Shown here one piece after another: positions 39,386 through 53,640 of a stretch of DNA of 64,000 nucleotides; the first letter of the stretch is position 1; every line of letters begins with the position of its first letter. The position numbers were made by a program, and so were the translations under genes. Origin of the DNA: Macrostomum lignano. Lineage: Eukaryota. The DNA lies in contig NIVC01003303.1 in the NCBI GenBank assembly GCA_002269645.1, positions 1 through 64,000 on the forward strand, written 5' to 3'. The notes under the pieces are model-generated. The model was not told the origin of the DNA, ran no database searches, and saw only the letters and a program-made list of their open reading frames with translations.

Positions 39386-40651
39386 CAGGCATCAGAACAG
39401 AGGATGAACTTCTGAGTGTAAAGATGTTAAAGAGCCTGACAAAGGTTACCTGACAGAAATAATCAGGCAAATAAAAGGACGAATAGAAAAAATAATAAAT
39501 GAATATTATTATTAATTAGATAAAACAGAGTACATACTTGTTGGCCCTTACCCTACAAACAGCAACGCCCACACAGACACACACACAGACACACACACAT
39601 ACGAGAATAGGCAGCTATCTTTTTTCAAGTCAACTCGGCGAGGTCGCTGCTGTGACTCATTCTCTCAGAGAGAAACTTGTTTAGTAAAAATGGCTGACTC
39701 ATAGCGCCTTTTTGATGATACGCCTTAAAAATTCAAGCAATAAAATGAAGTAAAGACAGTCACAAGGGTGCACAGATTGTGTCACTAGTAATCAAATCAT
39801 TACTAAAACTATATATATATATTTCCCTAGATTTAACAAACCCCCTTCTTGTATGAATAAATATAAAATTGACAAGCTTATACATTTAGAAGCTGCTTGA
39901 AAAAAACAAAGATATTTATATTTGAGCACATTATATACAGTAGCCAATATTCCAAGCAATATTATTTTCTACTAGTAAACAGTATGCATAAATAATTATT
40001 AATAAAGTATTTGGCAGGTGACACTTGAGGTCCAGTTCTGCAAATCAAATAAAACAACAACAAAAACATCGTATTATTAATTATCAAAAATGACTCTGAG
40101 AACTTTATTTATCTCATTGGAAACTTGACAAATTTCAAGTGTAAATATGACATTTTTTAATAACTCATATTTACTTACCAGTGCTGTTTATACAGGTACA
40201 AAATCAATGAAAAAAATAACACAGAAAATTATATAAAAATATATAATGAATTTTTACAAACTTTCGTAATACCTTAATCTACTTTGCAATAGATTTGTAA
40301 TTCAAGAGACTCTCTGCTCAGAAAAAAATGAGTAAAAAGTCAATCTCACTTCCTTATCATCATTACTGATATGATAAAATAGCATTAGTAAACCAGTAAC
40401 AAGACACAGCTACAGAGAGCCAATGAGAATTAAGTAATTTTAACAGAGAAAAATCATCACAGATTTGAGTGAGCAGTATTAACTCACAGCTGATGCAGGA
40501 ACCAAAATTAACATTGACAGACTTGATCTGAATAGAATAGTGCGATTGAGAACTTGAATTTTATTAATCATAAATCATTGAGATCGACAGGCAAAATTAA
40601 AAACAAAGATCTTCACGAAAAAAGCAGGTAAGTTACTAAGTCATTAAAAAC

Positions 40652-42060
40652 TCCTGACCAATCAGAGCATAGCAGTTTGTTATCATACAACTCCTGGCCA
40701 ATCAGAGCATAGAAGTTTGTTATCATACAACTCCTGGCCACTCAGAGCATAGCAGTTTGTTATCATACAACTCCTGACCAATCAGAGCATAGCAGTTTGT
40801 TATCATACAACTCCTGACCAATCAGAGCATAGCAGTTTGTTATCATACAACTCCTGACCAATCAGAGCATAGCAGTTTGTTATCATACAACTCCTGACCA
40901 ATCAGAGCATAGCAGTTTGTTATCATACAACTCCTGGCCAATCAGAGCATAGCAGTTTGTTAACTCCTGGCCAATCAGAGCATAGCAGTTTGTTATCATT
41001 TAACTCCTGGCCAATCAGAGCATAGCAGTTTGTTATCATACAACTCCTGACCAATCAGAGCATAGCAGTGTGCTATCATACAACTCCTGACCAATCAGAG
41101 CATAGCAGTTTGTTATCATACAACTCCTGACCAATCAGAGCATAGCAGTTTGTTATCATACAACTCCTGACCAATCAGAGCATAGCAGTTTGTTATCATA
41201 CAACTCCTGACCAATCAGAGCATAGCAGTTTGTTATCATACAACTCCTGACCAATCAGAGCATAGCAGTTTGTTATCATACAACTCCTGACCAATCAGAG
41301 CATAGCAGTTTGTTATCATACAACTCCTGACCAATCAGAGCATAGCAGTTTGTTATCATACAACTCCTGACCAATCAGAGCATAGCAGTTTGTTATCATA
41401 CAACTCCTGACCAATCAGAGCATAGCAGTTTATTATCATACAACTCCTGACCAATCAGAGCATAGCAGTTTGTTATCATACAACTCCTGACCAATTAGAG
41501 AATAGCAGTTTGTTATCATACAACTCCTGACCAATCAGAGCATAGCAGTTTGTTATCATACAACTCCTGACCAATCAGAGCATAGCAGTTTGTTATCATA
41601 CAACTCCTGACCAATCAGAGCATAGCAGTTTGTTATCATACAACTCCTGACCAATCAGAGCATAGCAGTTTGTTATCATACAACTCCTGACCAATCAGAG
41701 CATAGCAGTTTGTTATCATACAACTCCTGACCAATCAGAGCATAGCAGTTTGTTATCATACAACTCCTGACCAATCAGAGCATAGCAGTTTGTTATCATA
41801 CAACTCCTGGCCAATCAGAGAATAGCAGTTTGTTATCATACAACTCCTGGCCAATCAGAGAATAGCAGTTTGTTATCATACAACTCCTGACCAATCAGAG
41901 AATAGCAGTTTGTTATCATACAACTCCTGACCAATCAGAGCATAGCAGTTTGTTATCATACAGCTCCTGACCAATCAGAGCATAGCAGTTTGTTATCATA
42001 CAACTCCTGACCAATCAGAGCATAGCAGAGTAATCTAACTCCTGACCAATCAGAGCACAG
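40652..42060. repeat. 40-bp minisatellite containing a CCAAT box (CTCCTGACCAATCAGAGCATAGCAGTTTGTTATCATACAA), about 35 copies
   Basis: Visible homogeneous array between the MAP2K4 stop and the TMUB start. Confidence 0.96.
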
Positions 42061-42121
42061 CAAGCCTATTACTATTAAAACACACTGAGCAAAGACAAAC
42101 TCATACAAGCATCATACAGAG

Positions 42122-45100
42122 CTAAAAGTGCACAGCAGCCAGAAGTTCATTCAGTCGAGCCTCATCGGGCGATCGATCCAGCACGCTGCAGAAGTAGGCA
42201 GCAATGTCCACGGAGTCCTGGGCGCACTGTTCTAGAAACGGCTGCTGCAGTAACTGCCGATATTTTGGTCGCTTTTTAACGTCTTTGCTCAGGCAGAGGT
42301 TGACAAAATTGCGAGCCTCCTCTGAGAAGCGAGCGTCCGTTAGACGGGGAGGCTCGCTTTTAACAACCTGCGGATGGGTTCAGGCCGGTTCTTTGCACTG
42401 TACAGGTGGCCTGAGAGTGATTCTTTGTACTGTACAGGTATATTGAGGGTGATTCTCTGTTCTATACAGGTGGGCTGAGGGGCTGATGCCTTGTACTGTA
42501 CAGGTGGGTTGAGTGGCTGATTCTTTGTACTGTACAGGTGGGTTGAGGGCGATTCTTTGTACTGTACAGGTGGGTTGAGTGGCTGATTCTCTGTACTGTA
42601 CAGGTGGGTTGAGGGGCTGATTCTCTGTACTGTACAGGTGGGTTAAGGGGCTGATCTTTGTACCGTACAGGTGGGTTGAGGGGCTGATTCTCTGTACTGT
42701 ACAGGTGGGTTGAGGGGCTGATCTTTGTACCGTACAGGTGGGTTGAGGGGCTGATCTTTGTACTGTACAGGTGGGTTGAGGGCGATTCTTTGTACTGTAC
42801 AGGTGGGTTGAGTGGCTGATTCTCTGTACTGTACAGGTGGGTTGAGGGGCTGATTCTCTGTACTGTACAGGTGGGTTAAGGGGCTGATCTTTGTACCGTA
42901 CAGGTGGGTTGAGGGGCTGATTCTCTGTACTGTACAGGTGGGTTGAGGGGCTGATCTTTGTACCGTACAGGTGGGTTGAGGGGCTGATCTTTGTACCGTA
43001 CAGGTGGGTTGATATTTTAATAATAAACTTCTATTATATTCAGCAATTCCCAAACGAACTCTCTCACCTGCTCCAGCTGCTCAAACATGGTGCCCCACTG
43101 TTTGTAGGGAAACCGGCCGGTACACAGTTCGTACAACGAGATGCCCAGCGACCAGACGTCGCTACGAACGTCGTAGCCTTCGCCGACGCGTTGATAGTCG
43201 ATTCGTTCCGGCGCCATGTAGGGCCGGCAGCCGGCGTCCCGGGTCTTGGCGATGCTGTCCACCAGCTTGCCGGCGATGCCGAAGTCGCACAGCTTCACCC
43301 GGCCCGACCGGTCCGCCAGGATGTTGCTGGGCTTCACGTCTCTGAGGGGGTGGGTGGTGAAGTCGGGATGGCCACTTGAAGTACCCGCGTCTGGATAGGG
43401 ATCGGGTATTCGATGGGGAGTTATGGGGTCGGGAATCAATGAGATCAGGGATTGCTATGGGATCGAAGATCAAAATGGGATCAGGGATTTTAATGGGATC
43501 AGGTATTACAATGAGATTGAGGATTAGAATGGGATGGTGGATTACAATAGAATCAATGATTACAACGGGATCGGGGAATACAATGGGATCAAGGATTACA
43601 ATTGGATCAGGGATTACAATGAGATCAGGGATTACAATTGGATCAGGGATTACAATGAAATCAGGGATTGCAATGGGATCAGGGATTACAATGGGATCAG
43701 GGATTACAATGGGATCAGGGATTACAATGGGATCAGGGATTACAATGGGATCAGGGATTACAATGGGATCGGGGATTACAATGGGATCAGGGATTGCAAT
43801 GGGATCAGGGATTACAATGATCAGGGATTACAATGGGATCAGGGATTTCAATGGGATCAGGGATTACAATGGGATCAGGGATTGCCATACCGGTAGCATC
43901 GGGACCGCACTAGGATCAGAAAAGAGACTGGAAATTCCGATTTCCAGTTGCATAAAAAAGACCCCATTCTTCAACACGCCCTCTCACCTGTGCATCATGC
44001 CCAATTTCTCCTTGAGATAATTCAACGCTTTGACAGTTGCTAAGGAAACCTGGGCAATTACCACCTCGGGTATGACTTCGTTGAGATGATGATAGACAAC
44101 CCGGTAGAATTTGTCTAGACTGGTGTCCATCAGCTCCATGCAGATCCAACAGTCGCCCTCTTTGAATAATGCGCCATAGGACCTGGCCAAGCAAACGGTT
44201 TAGGGTTCGATGTTCGTTTTGTACACTTACAAGCGCTTTCCTAATCTGGCTCCACTTTTACTTCGCAATCTCACTCAGTCACTCCCAATCTCACCAGTCA
44301 CTCCCAATCTCACCAGTCACTCCCAATCTCACCAGTCACTCCCAATCTCACCAGTCACTCCCAATCGCAGTCAGTCACTCGAAATCTCACTCAGTCACTC
44401 CCAATCTCACTCAGTCACTATAAATCTCACTCAGTCACTCCCAATCTCACTCAGTCACTATAAATCTCACTCAGTCACTATAAATCTCACTCAGTCACTC
44501 CCAATCTCACTCAGTCACTCCCAATCTCACTCAGTCACTCCCAATCTCACTCAGTCACTCCCAATCTCACTCAGTCACTCCCAATCTCACTCAGTCACTC
44601 CCAATCTCACTCAGTCACTCCCAATCTCATTCAGTCACTCCCAATCTCACTCAGTCACTCCCAATCTCACCAGTCACTCCAAATCTCACTCAGTCACTGA
44701 ATCTCAGTCACTCCAAATCTCCCTCAGTCACTCCCAATCTCACCCAGTCACTCCAAATCTCACTCAGTCACTCTAATCTCACTCAGTCACTCTAATCTCA
44801 CTCAGTCACTCCCAATCTCACTCAGTCACTCCCAATCGCAGTCAGTCACTCTAATCTCACTCAGTCACTCCCAATCTCACTCAGTCACTCCCAATCTCAC
44901 TCAGTCACTCCCAATCTCACTCAGTCACTCCCAATCTCAGTCAGTCACTCTCAAGCTCACTCAGTCACTCCCAATCTCAGTCAGTCACTCCCAATCTCAC
45001 TCAGTCACGCCCAGTCGCAGTCAGTCACTCGAAATCTCACGTCAGTTACTCCCAATCGCACTCAGTCACTCCCAATCTCACTCAGTCACTCCCAATCTCA

Positions 45101-45590
45101 CTCAGTCACTCCCAATCTCAGTCAGTCACTCCTAAGCTCACTCAGTCACTCCAAATCTCACTCAGTCACTCCCAAACTCACTCAGTCACTCCCAAACTCA
45201 CCTAGCAATAAACGGACACTCGCAATTGACCACAACATTCAGTTCCAGCAGCATATTCTTCTGCTGGCGCTGATCGACAGTAGATCGAATTCGTTTCACA
45301 GCCAGCACTGATCCTGTGGGCTTGAACCGCATCCTATTCACTGAGCCAAATGCTCCCCGACCGATCTCTCCCAGATCTTCCAGATCGTCAACGCTGAACT
45401 GTCGTTCCGGTTGATCTGGCAGCTTCAATTGGCCAACAGGCGGCAGACCGGGCAAGCCTGGCTGCGTCTGCAGCTGGCCAATAGGAGAGGCCGACTGAGG
45501 CGCAGCTCGATTCTGATTGGACGCCGTCAGTGGAAGCACAAATCGAGGCCGAGAAGTGCCTCCGCTACCAATTCTGTTATTGTCTGACAT
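42122..45590 (-). CDS. MAP2K4: Dual-specificity MAP kinase kinase 4 (MKK4/SEK1), 4 exons, 367 aa
   Basis: Exons 45590-45202, 44182-43988, 43341-43068, 42367-42122, all GT-AG and in phase. Motifs GEIGRGAFGSV, LAVKRI, HRDVKPSN, CDFG, the activation loop DSIAKTRDAGCRPYMAPERID (MKK4-type SIAKT) and DVWSLGI are present. Confidence 0.95.
42390..43010. repeat. 34-bp minisatellite filling MAP2K4 intron 3
   Basis: Unit TGTACAGGTGGGTTGAGGGGCTGATTCTCTGTAC. Confidence 0.95.
43430..43885. repeat. 18-bp minisatellite (GGGATCAGGGATTACAAT) in MAP2K4 intron 2
   Basis: Directly visible. Confidence 0.95.
44268..45200. repeat. 20-bp minisatellite (CCAATCTCACTCAGTCACTC) filling MAP2K4 intron 1
   Basis: Directly visible; runs up to the donor site. 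Confidence 0.95.
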
Positions 45591-48500
45591 TTGATTTCTT
45601 TATTTGATGTTTAATTATGTTTACAATCAATTGTATTTTTTTAACAGGAAATCACAATAGCTCTCGAAGAAGTGGCTCATATGGCCATGTTGTTTAACTG
45701 AATAAACATGAATTCAATTAAAGATTAAAATAGACAAACAATTTAGAATTTTTACATTCTTTTTATTTATAACAATCGAATGTTGTACATAAATATGGTA
45801 ATGGTATCAGAATATTAGAACTATTAAGTGTAGAATAGGCCTATAGAATAATTAATATTTAAAATTAACCACAAAATTATCTATAGCCTATACTAAGTCT
45901 ATATTGGTGCATTCTACTAATTTCAAGAAGGTTATGGATACCTTTTGGCAACATTGTTCAACTACATCAGTTCTAAGGCAGTTATGCCTATCATGTTGAC
46001 TCCTGAGATATACATGCAATTGTATAGATAATTTAATTAAGTATGCCTTTACACATATCATTAGTATATTTATACTCAGTGCTCACATAAAATTAAAAAA
46101 ATATAAGCACTAAATAGTTAAAAACAAAGAGAGACTTAAATGGCATGCAAATCAATAAAATAATAGCAATGTCTTACTTTCCTGCAATAAATTCTTTTGA
46201 AACCAAATTTTAACAAACTTAACAAGTTAAAGACAAATTGAACAAAAGTAAACAAAGTTAACATATATTAGTTTATTAAAACAAGTCTATTAAAGTATAA
46301 TTGAGCTAAATGCAAGTCTTTATAATATATACAACTCTTAAAAATAGCATTATGTGGCATTGTAATGGGTTATCTAATAGAGGAAACTTTTAAAGCAAGT
46401 CTTTAGATAGTCAATGCCAGAGGAACTTGCTTAATTGGGGTCAAAAAGGTCATCACCAGTTTTATTTTAACTATAGAACTTTGCCTTTACATGCAAAGTT
46501 CAAAACTTGCCAACATTTTCAAGATTTGCATAAATTTCAATTATACTTCTAATAAACTTGATAAAGTTTTTTGTTAAAAAAATATAGAATTTCTAGCTAT
46601 AGTTATGTCACTATTATAGAAAGTATAATAGTGATAATTATAATTGTAATTGCAATTCCATTATAATTGCCAGGTAAAATTAAGGTTGCATAGGAGCCCA
46701 ACAACTAGCTTTTACAACCAATGCCTTTTTCTTCTAAATACTAGTTTCATGAAAAAATTAATTATAATGCATATACAAGGTTATGTGCTGGTGCTCTGTC
46801 TACTCTCTATAAAAAATCCCACCACTAAGTCACCAAGCTGTGCTAGTTCTCTTCCCTGTACACTGAGAATCCCACCGGTTAGCCACCAGCTGTTGTAGGG
46901 CTATTTTTTTATTCCTATTATTGACTGTTCTAAAGCTGCCACAAAGTTGTTACAGGGGTTATTCCTTCTTGTTAATATTGCTGGTTATTACTTGCCTTTT
47001 ACTAGTAGCGTATGTACTTCTATTGGTAGCGTATGTACTTCTATTGTACTTTTTTGGCCTGAGCAGTCTTTAGGCACTGTCTATTCTATTTCTATACTCT
47101 AAAGATATTATTCTCAGTCCTGGGCGTTCCCAGGATCAGAGGGTCACAGCGCACTTCGCTGGGTATTCTGCCCTGAGGCGGGTTTCTCAGACTCTAAGCC
47201 TGGATTTCTCTACCCTGTGGTAGGAATTCTGCCTTCTAAAGGTGGGTTACTAGACTCCTAAGTCTAGGATTTCTCGTTCTCTAAGAACGGACTGAACTCC
47301 CAATCTTGGGGTGACTCTTATGTCACTATCCACTACTCGAAATAAGTAACACAAGTGATCACAAGTCCAAGGCTGATTTAAAGCTTGATCAATGTTCGAA
47401 ACAATGGTACAAGAAAAGGTTCACAAGGTTATTTATTTTTGCTCCCAGCTGACTCCTATTTATAGTAAAATTTTACTAGTATTTAAAACAAAGTATTAAT
47501 ACATAGAATATTCAGAATATTTTGCACATAAGAAATATTTTTAATATTCGCATGGTATAACAACAGTAGTATGTTTTTGAAATGCAACTTTTTCTAAGAA
47601 ATCGTTATAAAAACTGGAGGCCTATTATAGTTAGAACCTATAGTATTGATGTAGTACACTTTGTAATTTATATACTTGTATTCCTATATTTTATGAAATA
47701 TCAGTCTATTCTTTCTTAGAAATTTGCACATTTTAAAATTCCACCAAGTTTTTGTTTAAATATTGTGTCATTGAAAAATATTCTATTATTTTATTTATAT
47801 AAAATTTGTTTAAAATTGTTCCAAAATGCAGGATGAATAGAATGTGAAAAAGGCAGAAGGAATCAACCATTTATGAAATCATATTTTGTTCTTATGTTCA
47901 ATACTATGGTTCTTCTATTTTGCAAAGTATTCAAGCTAAATTGCCTTGACAGATTTGAATTGGCTTATTAATTTCTATAGGACTATAAGACCCAAGCATT
48001 GGGAGAATTTGAAACCATTTAGAAATGAGATAAATCTCAATAGTCTGAGGTAAATTTCTATAAAGAAGTAAAATTGCCTTAGAATAATATAAATGCTTAG
48101 AATCTATAACACTCTGATCCCAAAAATGCCTAGGACTGAGAGAAATCCCTTTATAGGAATAACTGAAATATAGGAATAGGGTAGACAGTGCCAATAACTT
48201 CTCAGGCCAAGAAATAATATAGTAAAAAGTATATATGCTACCAGTGGGTATATTCATGTACTACTAGTAATATCTATCATTAGTAAGAGTATATAAGTAG
48301 TAAGAACATTAAAAACCATTGAAACAGCTTAGTGGCAGTAGAGGCCAAATGAGCAAAGATTTTTGGTCAAGCCAAGTATCAAGTCAAGACTTGGTGCTTA
48401 TATCAAGTAGGCCAGTTGAGAAATGTTGAGTGAGTAATCTGCACATTTTATATAGCACTTTCTATAGCCAAACTGTCAGTGTCATTTTATACAAAGATTT

Positions 48501-49546
48501 ATATGAATATATTCTATCATAAACAATTAATATTTTGTTTTTAATACTTTATTTATTATTAAAAATAAAAAATTTACTAATTAATGTTTGTTTATATTGG
48601 TCATTCCATGAGAGACTTGAAGACAATTTCAGGACATTTTATGCAATGTCAGATCAAAAGGTAGAAGAGTATATAAGGACTTAATTATGAACTTATAAAG
48701 AAATGATAAATGAGTTAAAAGTACAATTATTAAAAATAAATTTAACAATTAATTATATGAAACAAGGGCTGCAGAGCTGAGTTGTCCAGCTGACTGCCAA
48801 AATATGACATCCATATCTCCAGGAGTGTCTTGCCATAGTTGCAGCTTGTTAGCCGGCCAAATTCTTGTATAAGGATTTGAAGAAAGAAGGTGATAATATT
48901 TCTAGTTAGTGTTCTATTCAGATATTTTTTGTATAAAAATACAAAGATTGGGCGCAACAATAAAACTGATACAACTATTAAAAAAAGGGAAATGCCATGC
49001 TGATATTTCTTTCTTAAAAGGCATATTTACCCTATATTATCTATATACAGACCCATTAAAAATATCCAACTTCTTGAATTAACCAAAGTAAAATTTCTTG
49101 ACTTAAAATTGAAGTCAATTTAAAAAACTCAAAATCAAATTGAAGTAAAATTGAAAAAATAGCCAATCACTTGACATGTCAAGTACTCAGTAGAGTACTC
49201 ATTTGGCCTCTGCCCTCTAGGTGGCAGCAATATTAATAAATCATAATTGAGAAAATAACCCTACTACAACTTTGGTAACAGCTTTAAGGGTTATTATACA
49301 GATAGAAGAAAACTTCTATTATAACGTCGGTAGCATTAGTGAAATTTTAATAAGTCAAGCAAAGTCATATTACAATTGGTATTAGCAGATCAATTTTGGA
49401 TGGAAAAAGTTAGCCCTGCGGCCTGCCCTTAGGATAGGCCTAAGTATATATAGTTTATTTTTTAAAATCTTCATTGTTACCTTTATAATACTAATAGAAT
49501 AGCAATATAGATTGCTAGTATAAGCTAATTTTCTTTGATTATATAT

Positions 49547-49820
49547 TGTTAGGCCTGGTGCGTGGGGTTGGGGTGCGCTTTTACTCCGTGTATTGTTTGT
49601 GTTCTTAACTCTGTGCGTGTACTCATGGTCCGTGGCTCTCGCTCTTTGCACATCTCTGCTCTATCGTGATTTTAATGTACATTGTTGGTGTTTTAGCCCT
49701 GGGGTGGGGGTGGCTACTATTGAACCTTGCTTGTGATAAATCGTATTGTTGGTTGTCGGTGCACTTGGCACGTTCGTCTTGTCTCGCATACTCTCAGCTC
49801 ATGACTTGTTCATTTCAACA
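49547..49820 (+). repeat. 5' LTR
   Basis: TGTTAGG...TTCAACA; aligns without gaps to the 3' LTR. Confidence 0.97.
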
Positions 49821-49847
49821 TTTTGGCGTAACGAGCAGGATCTACAG

Positions 49848-52800
49848 ATGTCTATAAAGCTACGAGACCCACTGCCTCTAAACAACATTGAAGAGTTGCG
49901 GGTGTGGATCGAGGTCTTTGATGCCCAGGCGCGATCAAAAGGAGTGAAGGACACTGATCGCACTGATGACATAGTCGGCAATCTGGCGTTGACCAATGCC
50001 TTCCTTGGCTGCCTTGGCATGGCACAGCTCATCAAAGTGAAGCAGCTGGTCGCGCCCAAACCGCTCTCGCAGATGAAGTGGGCGGAAATCAAGGAGTGCC
50101 TTGTGCGGTTTCTGGAGCCCAAGAAGAGGCTGCTGATTGCCGAGAGAGCGGCTTTCATGTCCATGCGCCAAGGAGACGGCGAGACGGTTGCCGGCTTCGC
50201 TGCCCGACTTCAAGAGCAGGCGGTAGTGTGCAAATTCGAGAAGCTGAAGGGCGAGAATGTTGATCCAGCTGAGCAGCTGATCAAAATGCGCCTCATCGCC
50301 GGTCTTAGCAACCAGGAGGTCCGGAGCAAGGTTCTCGAGTGCGAAGTCTCCGCAGAGCTCTCGGTGAGCCAGATCACCGAGTACATGCAGCAACTTCAGA
50401 TGGTGAGCAAATTTTCGTTCGGGCCACTGACTGCCTCCGGCCAAGCTGAAAGAGACTTGGCGGTGCATCAGGCATTGCCCGCTAGCCAGGAGGTGCCAGA
50501 AGAGGATTCTGCTGGTGCCAACAGCATCAACGCGGCTGAGATGGTGAGGCCCAGAGCCGGTGGAGGCCAAAGCTGCCAGTGTTGCGGCCAGGCGCAACAT
50601 CACAGACCGACAGACTGCCGGGCCCTGAAGGTCACCTGTCACAAGTGCGGGAAGACTGGCCACTTCGCGAAGGTCTGCCGGAGTGCCAGGACCCACTTTG
50701 TCGCACCCAACGAATCCAAGCACTCTGACTCTGTAACCAGAGACGAGCCGGTTTTCTACTGCAGTGCGGGCACCCCTGCTGCATTCTGCGATGTGAAAAT
50801 CAACAGAAGGCAGGTCAAAATGGAAAAGGACAGTGGCGCCTCGTGCTCACTAATCTCGAGAAAGATCTGGGAAGAACTTGGCAGGCCGCCACTGAAGTCG
50901 CCCAAGTCTTGGATGCTGGCCTACGACGGGCACGTGATGAAGCAGCTCAGCATCCTGGAGTGCCTGGTGGAGACTGGCGGCCCTGATGGCTGCTTTGCTC
51001 CGGCGGAGCTGCCCGTCATCGAATGCGAGCAGAAGTTCGGTTTGCTCGGCTGGGATCTGCTCAGCTCGCTGCCAGCTCACCACTCAGATGAGGCCAAGCC
51101 GCCCAGCAACAACAGGTACGAGAGCTTGTTGGGCATCAAGGGAGCAGTTGGCGAGATCTTGTTGAAGGCGGGAGCCAGGCCAATTTTCCAACCAGCCAGA
51201 GAGCTGCCGCTGGCGCTGCGTCCACTGGTGAAGAAGGAGCTGGACCTGATGGAGAAGGCGGGCATAGTTGAGAAGGTGACTTCCTCAGAGTGGGGCAGCC
51301 CCATTGTGGTGACGGTGAAATCCGACAAGATGTCTGTGAGGATCTGCGGAGACTACACTGCTGTCAATCAGTGGGTGCAGGACCAGACGTACTTGACTCC
51401 GTCCATCAAGACAGCCTTCTCAAAGATGGCAAACAAGAAGTTGTTCTGCTGACTGGACTTATCTGACGCTTATTATCAGGTTCCACTGGAAAATGAGTCA
51501 AAAGACATCACCACAATCAATACCCCTTTCAGCTGCTACCGCTTTAACAGGCTGCCGTATGGCATCAAGGTTTCTCCGTCTGTGTTCCAGCGCGAGATGG
51601 AGAAGCTGCTGGGTGAGCACCCAAGTGTCATCGTGTACCAGGATGATGTGCTTATGGGAGCGGTGTCAAAGGCAGAGCTGCAGAATATCAGAGAGAAGGT
51701 GCTAGACAAGCTGAGGGTGGCTAATGTGAAAATCAACAAAGCGAAGTGCATTTTGGAGGCCAGAAGCCTAAAGTTCCTGGGCCACATCATCGATGAAGAG
51801 GGGATCAAGCCAGATCTGGGAATGGTGCAGAAGATTCAGGATGTGGAGGCTCCGAAAAGCAAGAAGGATCTCGAGCGGTTTCTGGGCTTGACGCAGTTTT
51901 ATGGTCGGTTGGTTCCCAACTTTGCTGAGAAGTGTTGGTCTCTGCAGGAACTTCGTCGAGCGGACTGTGTTTGACTGGAGTGCGGCTGCTGAGGCAGCGT
52001 TCACCAATGTGAAGCAGAGCCTGAGCTCGAATCCGTGTGTGAAACCATTTGCTGTCAACTCGCCGGTGTGTCTGCGGGTGGATGCTAGCGAGCAGTCTCT
52101 GGGCGCTGTGCTGGTGCAGTCAGGGCACCCAGTCATGTACCTCACTCGGGCGCTGACCAAGTCTGAGGCCAACTACTCCAACATTGAGCAGGAGGCTCTG
52201 GCCATTGTCTGGGCGGTGGAGCGAGCCTGCAAGATGCTCCTGGGGAAGAGGTTCACGCTCCAGACTGACCACGAGCCACTGAAGTACATCTTCAATCCCA
52301 GCAAGAACCTTCCTAAAACAGTGTCGGCAAGACTAACTCGCTGGGCCCTGCGACTATCTGCTTTTGACTACGAGGTTGAGTATGTGCCAGGAAGACTGAT
52401 GGTGGATGCGGATGCCTTGTCTCGTTTGAGTTTTGCTGCCCAAGACCCTCCAAGTGACGCCATGCACCAGTTGGAGCATGAAGAGGTCGTGTCAAAAGGA
52501 GCTCTTGTGACTCTGCAGGATCTTCGTGGGGGAACCAGGATGTGCGCGTTGATGAAGCGGCTGCAGCAAAGGATCAGAACAGGCCGGTGGGGCCAGGTGT
52601 CGCAGGTGGAGAGGCCGTACAAAGCGTGCCGGGAGGCGCTGTCGGTGGAAGACGGTCTGGTGATCCACGGAACCAGAATTGTGCCCCCACCTGTTCTCCG
52701 CAGGCGCATTCTGGAGGTGGCGCACGACGAGGTGCATCTGAGCGCCGACAACACCAAGGCGCACATCTCCAAGGAGTTCTGGTGGCCGGGTCTCGATCGC

Positions 52801-53640
52801 AATGTTCGCAGCTTTGTGGAGCGCTGCCAGCAGTGTTCAGAAACTCGGCCAGTCCTGCAGCGAAGAATCGACACCTGGCCAGCCGAGAGTGAGCCGTGGT
52901 CCCGGGTTCAATTGGACCATTGTGAGATTTCTGGTGTCGGCCTGCTACTGCTGCTGTCGGACTCCTACTCCGGGTGGCCTGAGGCGATTCAGGTGCCAGA
53001 CCGAACTGCGGACAGTGTCCTGCGAGTTCTGAGAGCGGTATTTGTCAGGAATGGAGTGCCTCGGACGCTGGTGTCGGACAATGCGCCAGAGTTCAAGTCG
53101 GAGAAAGTGTCCCAGTGGCTGCGCAGCATCGGGTGCCAGGAGCTGCACACTCCACCGTACCATCCGGCCTCGAACGGTCAGGCAGAAAGGCTGGTGAGGA
53201 TCATCAAGGATGGACTCAAGGCGTGGACGAAGATAGTGCCGTTCGACCACTTCCTGCAGAAACTGCTGCTGACGATCAGGACCAGCCAGCCCAGTGGAAA
53301 TAGAGCGGCTTCTCCAGACATTCTGATGTGGGGTCGTCGCCTTCGCCACCCGCTAACCATGACTGAGCAGGTGGGCGATCCAATCTGGCTGAGGATGCGT
53401 CCAGGATTTTCGCCGGTTCCGGCCAAGTTCGTGGTGCAGCACGGCCAGAACACGGCGCTGGTAGCCCCTGCGGACCAATTGGACGGCGGCCTGCGGCTGG
53501 CGCACTCGAATCAGTGGACTGGCCAGCCGAGGCGCCTGGGTCGCCTGAGGGGGCTGAACCTGAGGCGGAGTTGCCGGAGCAGCTTCCTAGCGCCATGGTT
53601 GAGCACCTTCCTGATCCGGAACCAACGGAGGCGCCAATGA
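49848..53640 (+). pseudogene. Disrupted gag-pol polyprotein
   Basis: Two Gag zinc knuckles (CQCCGQAQHHRPTDC, CHKCGKTGHFAKVC), protease DSGAS, RT YQDD, RNase H DAS...EALAI, and integrase HHCC with D,D-E (LDH, VSDNA, AER). There is an in-frame TGA at 51450-51452 and a frameshift near 51960-51970. Confidence 0.93.
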
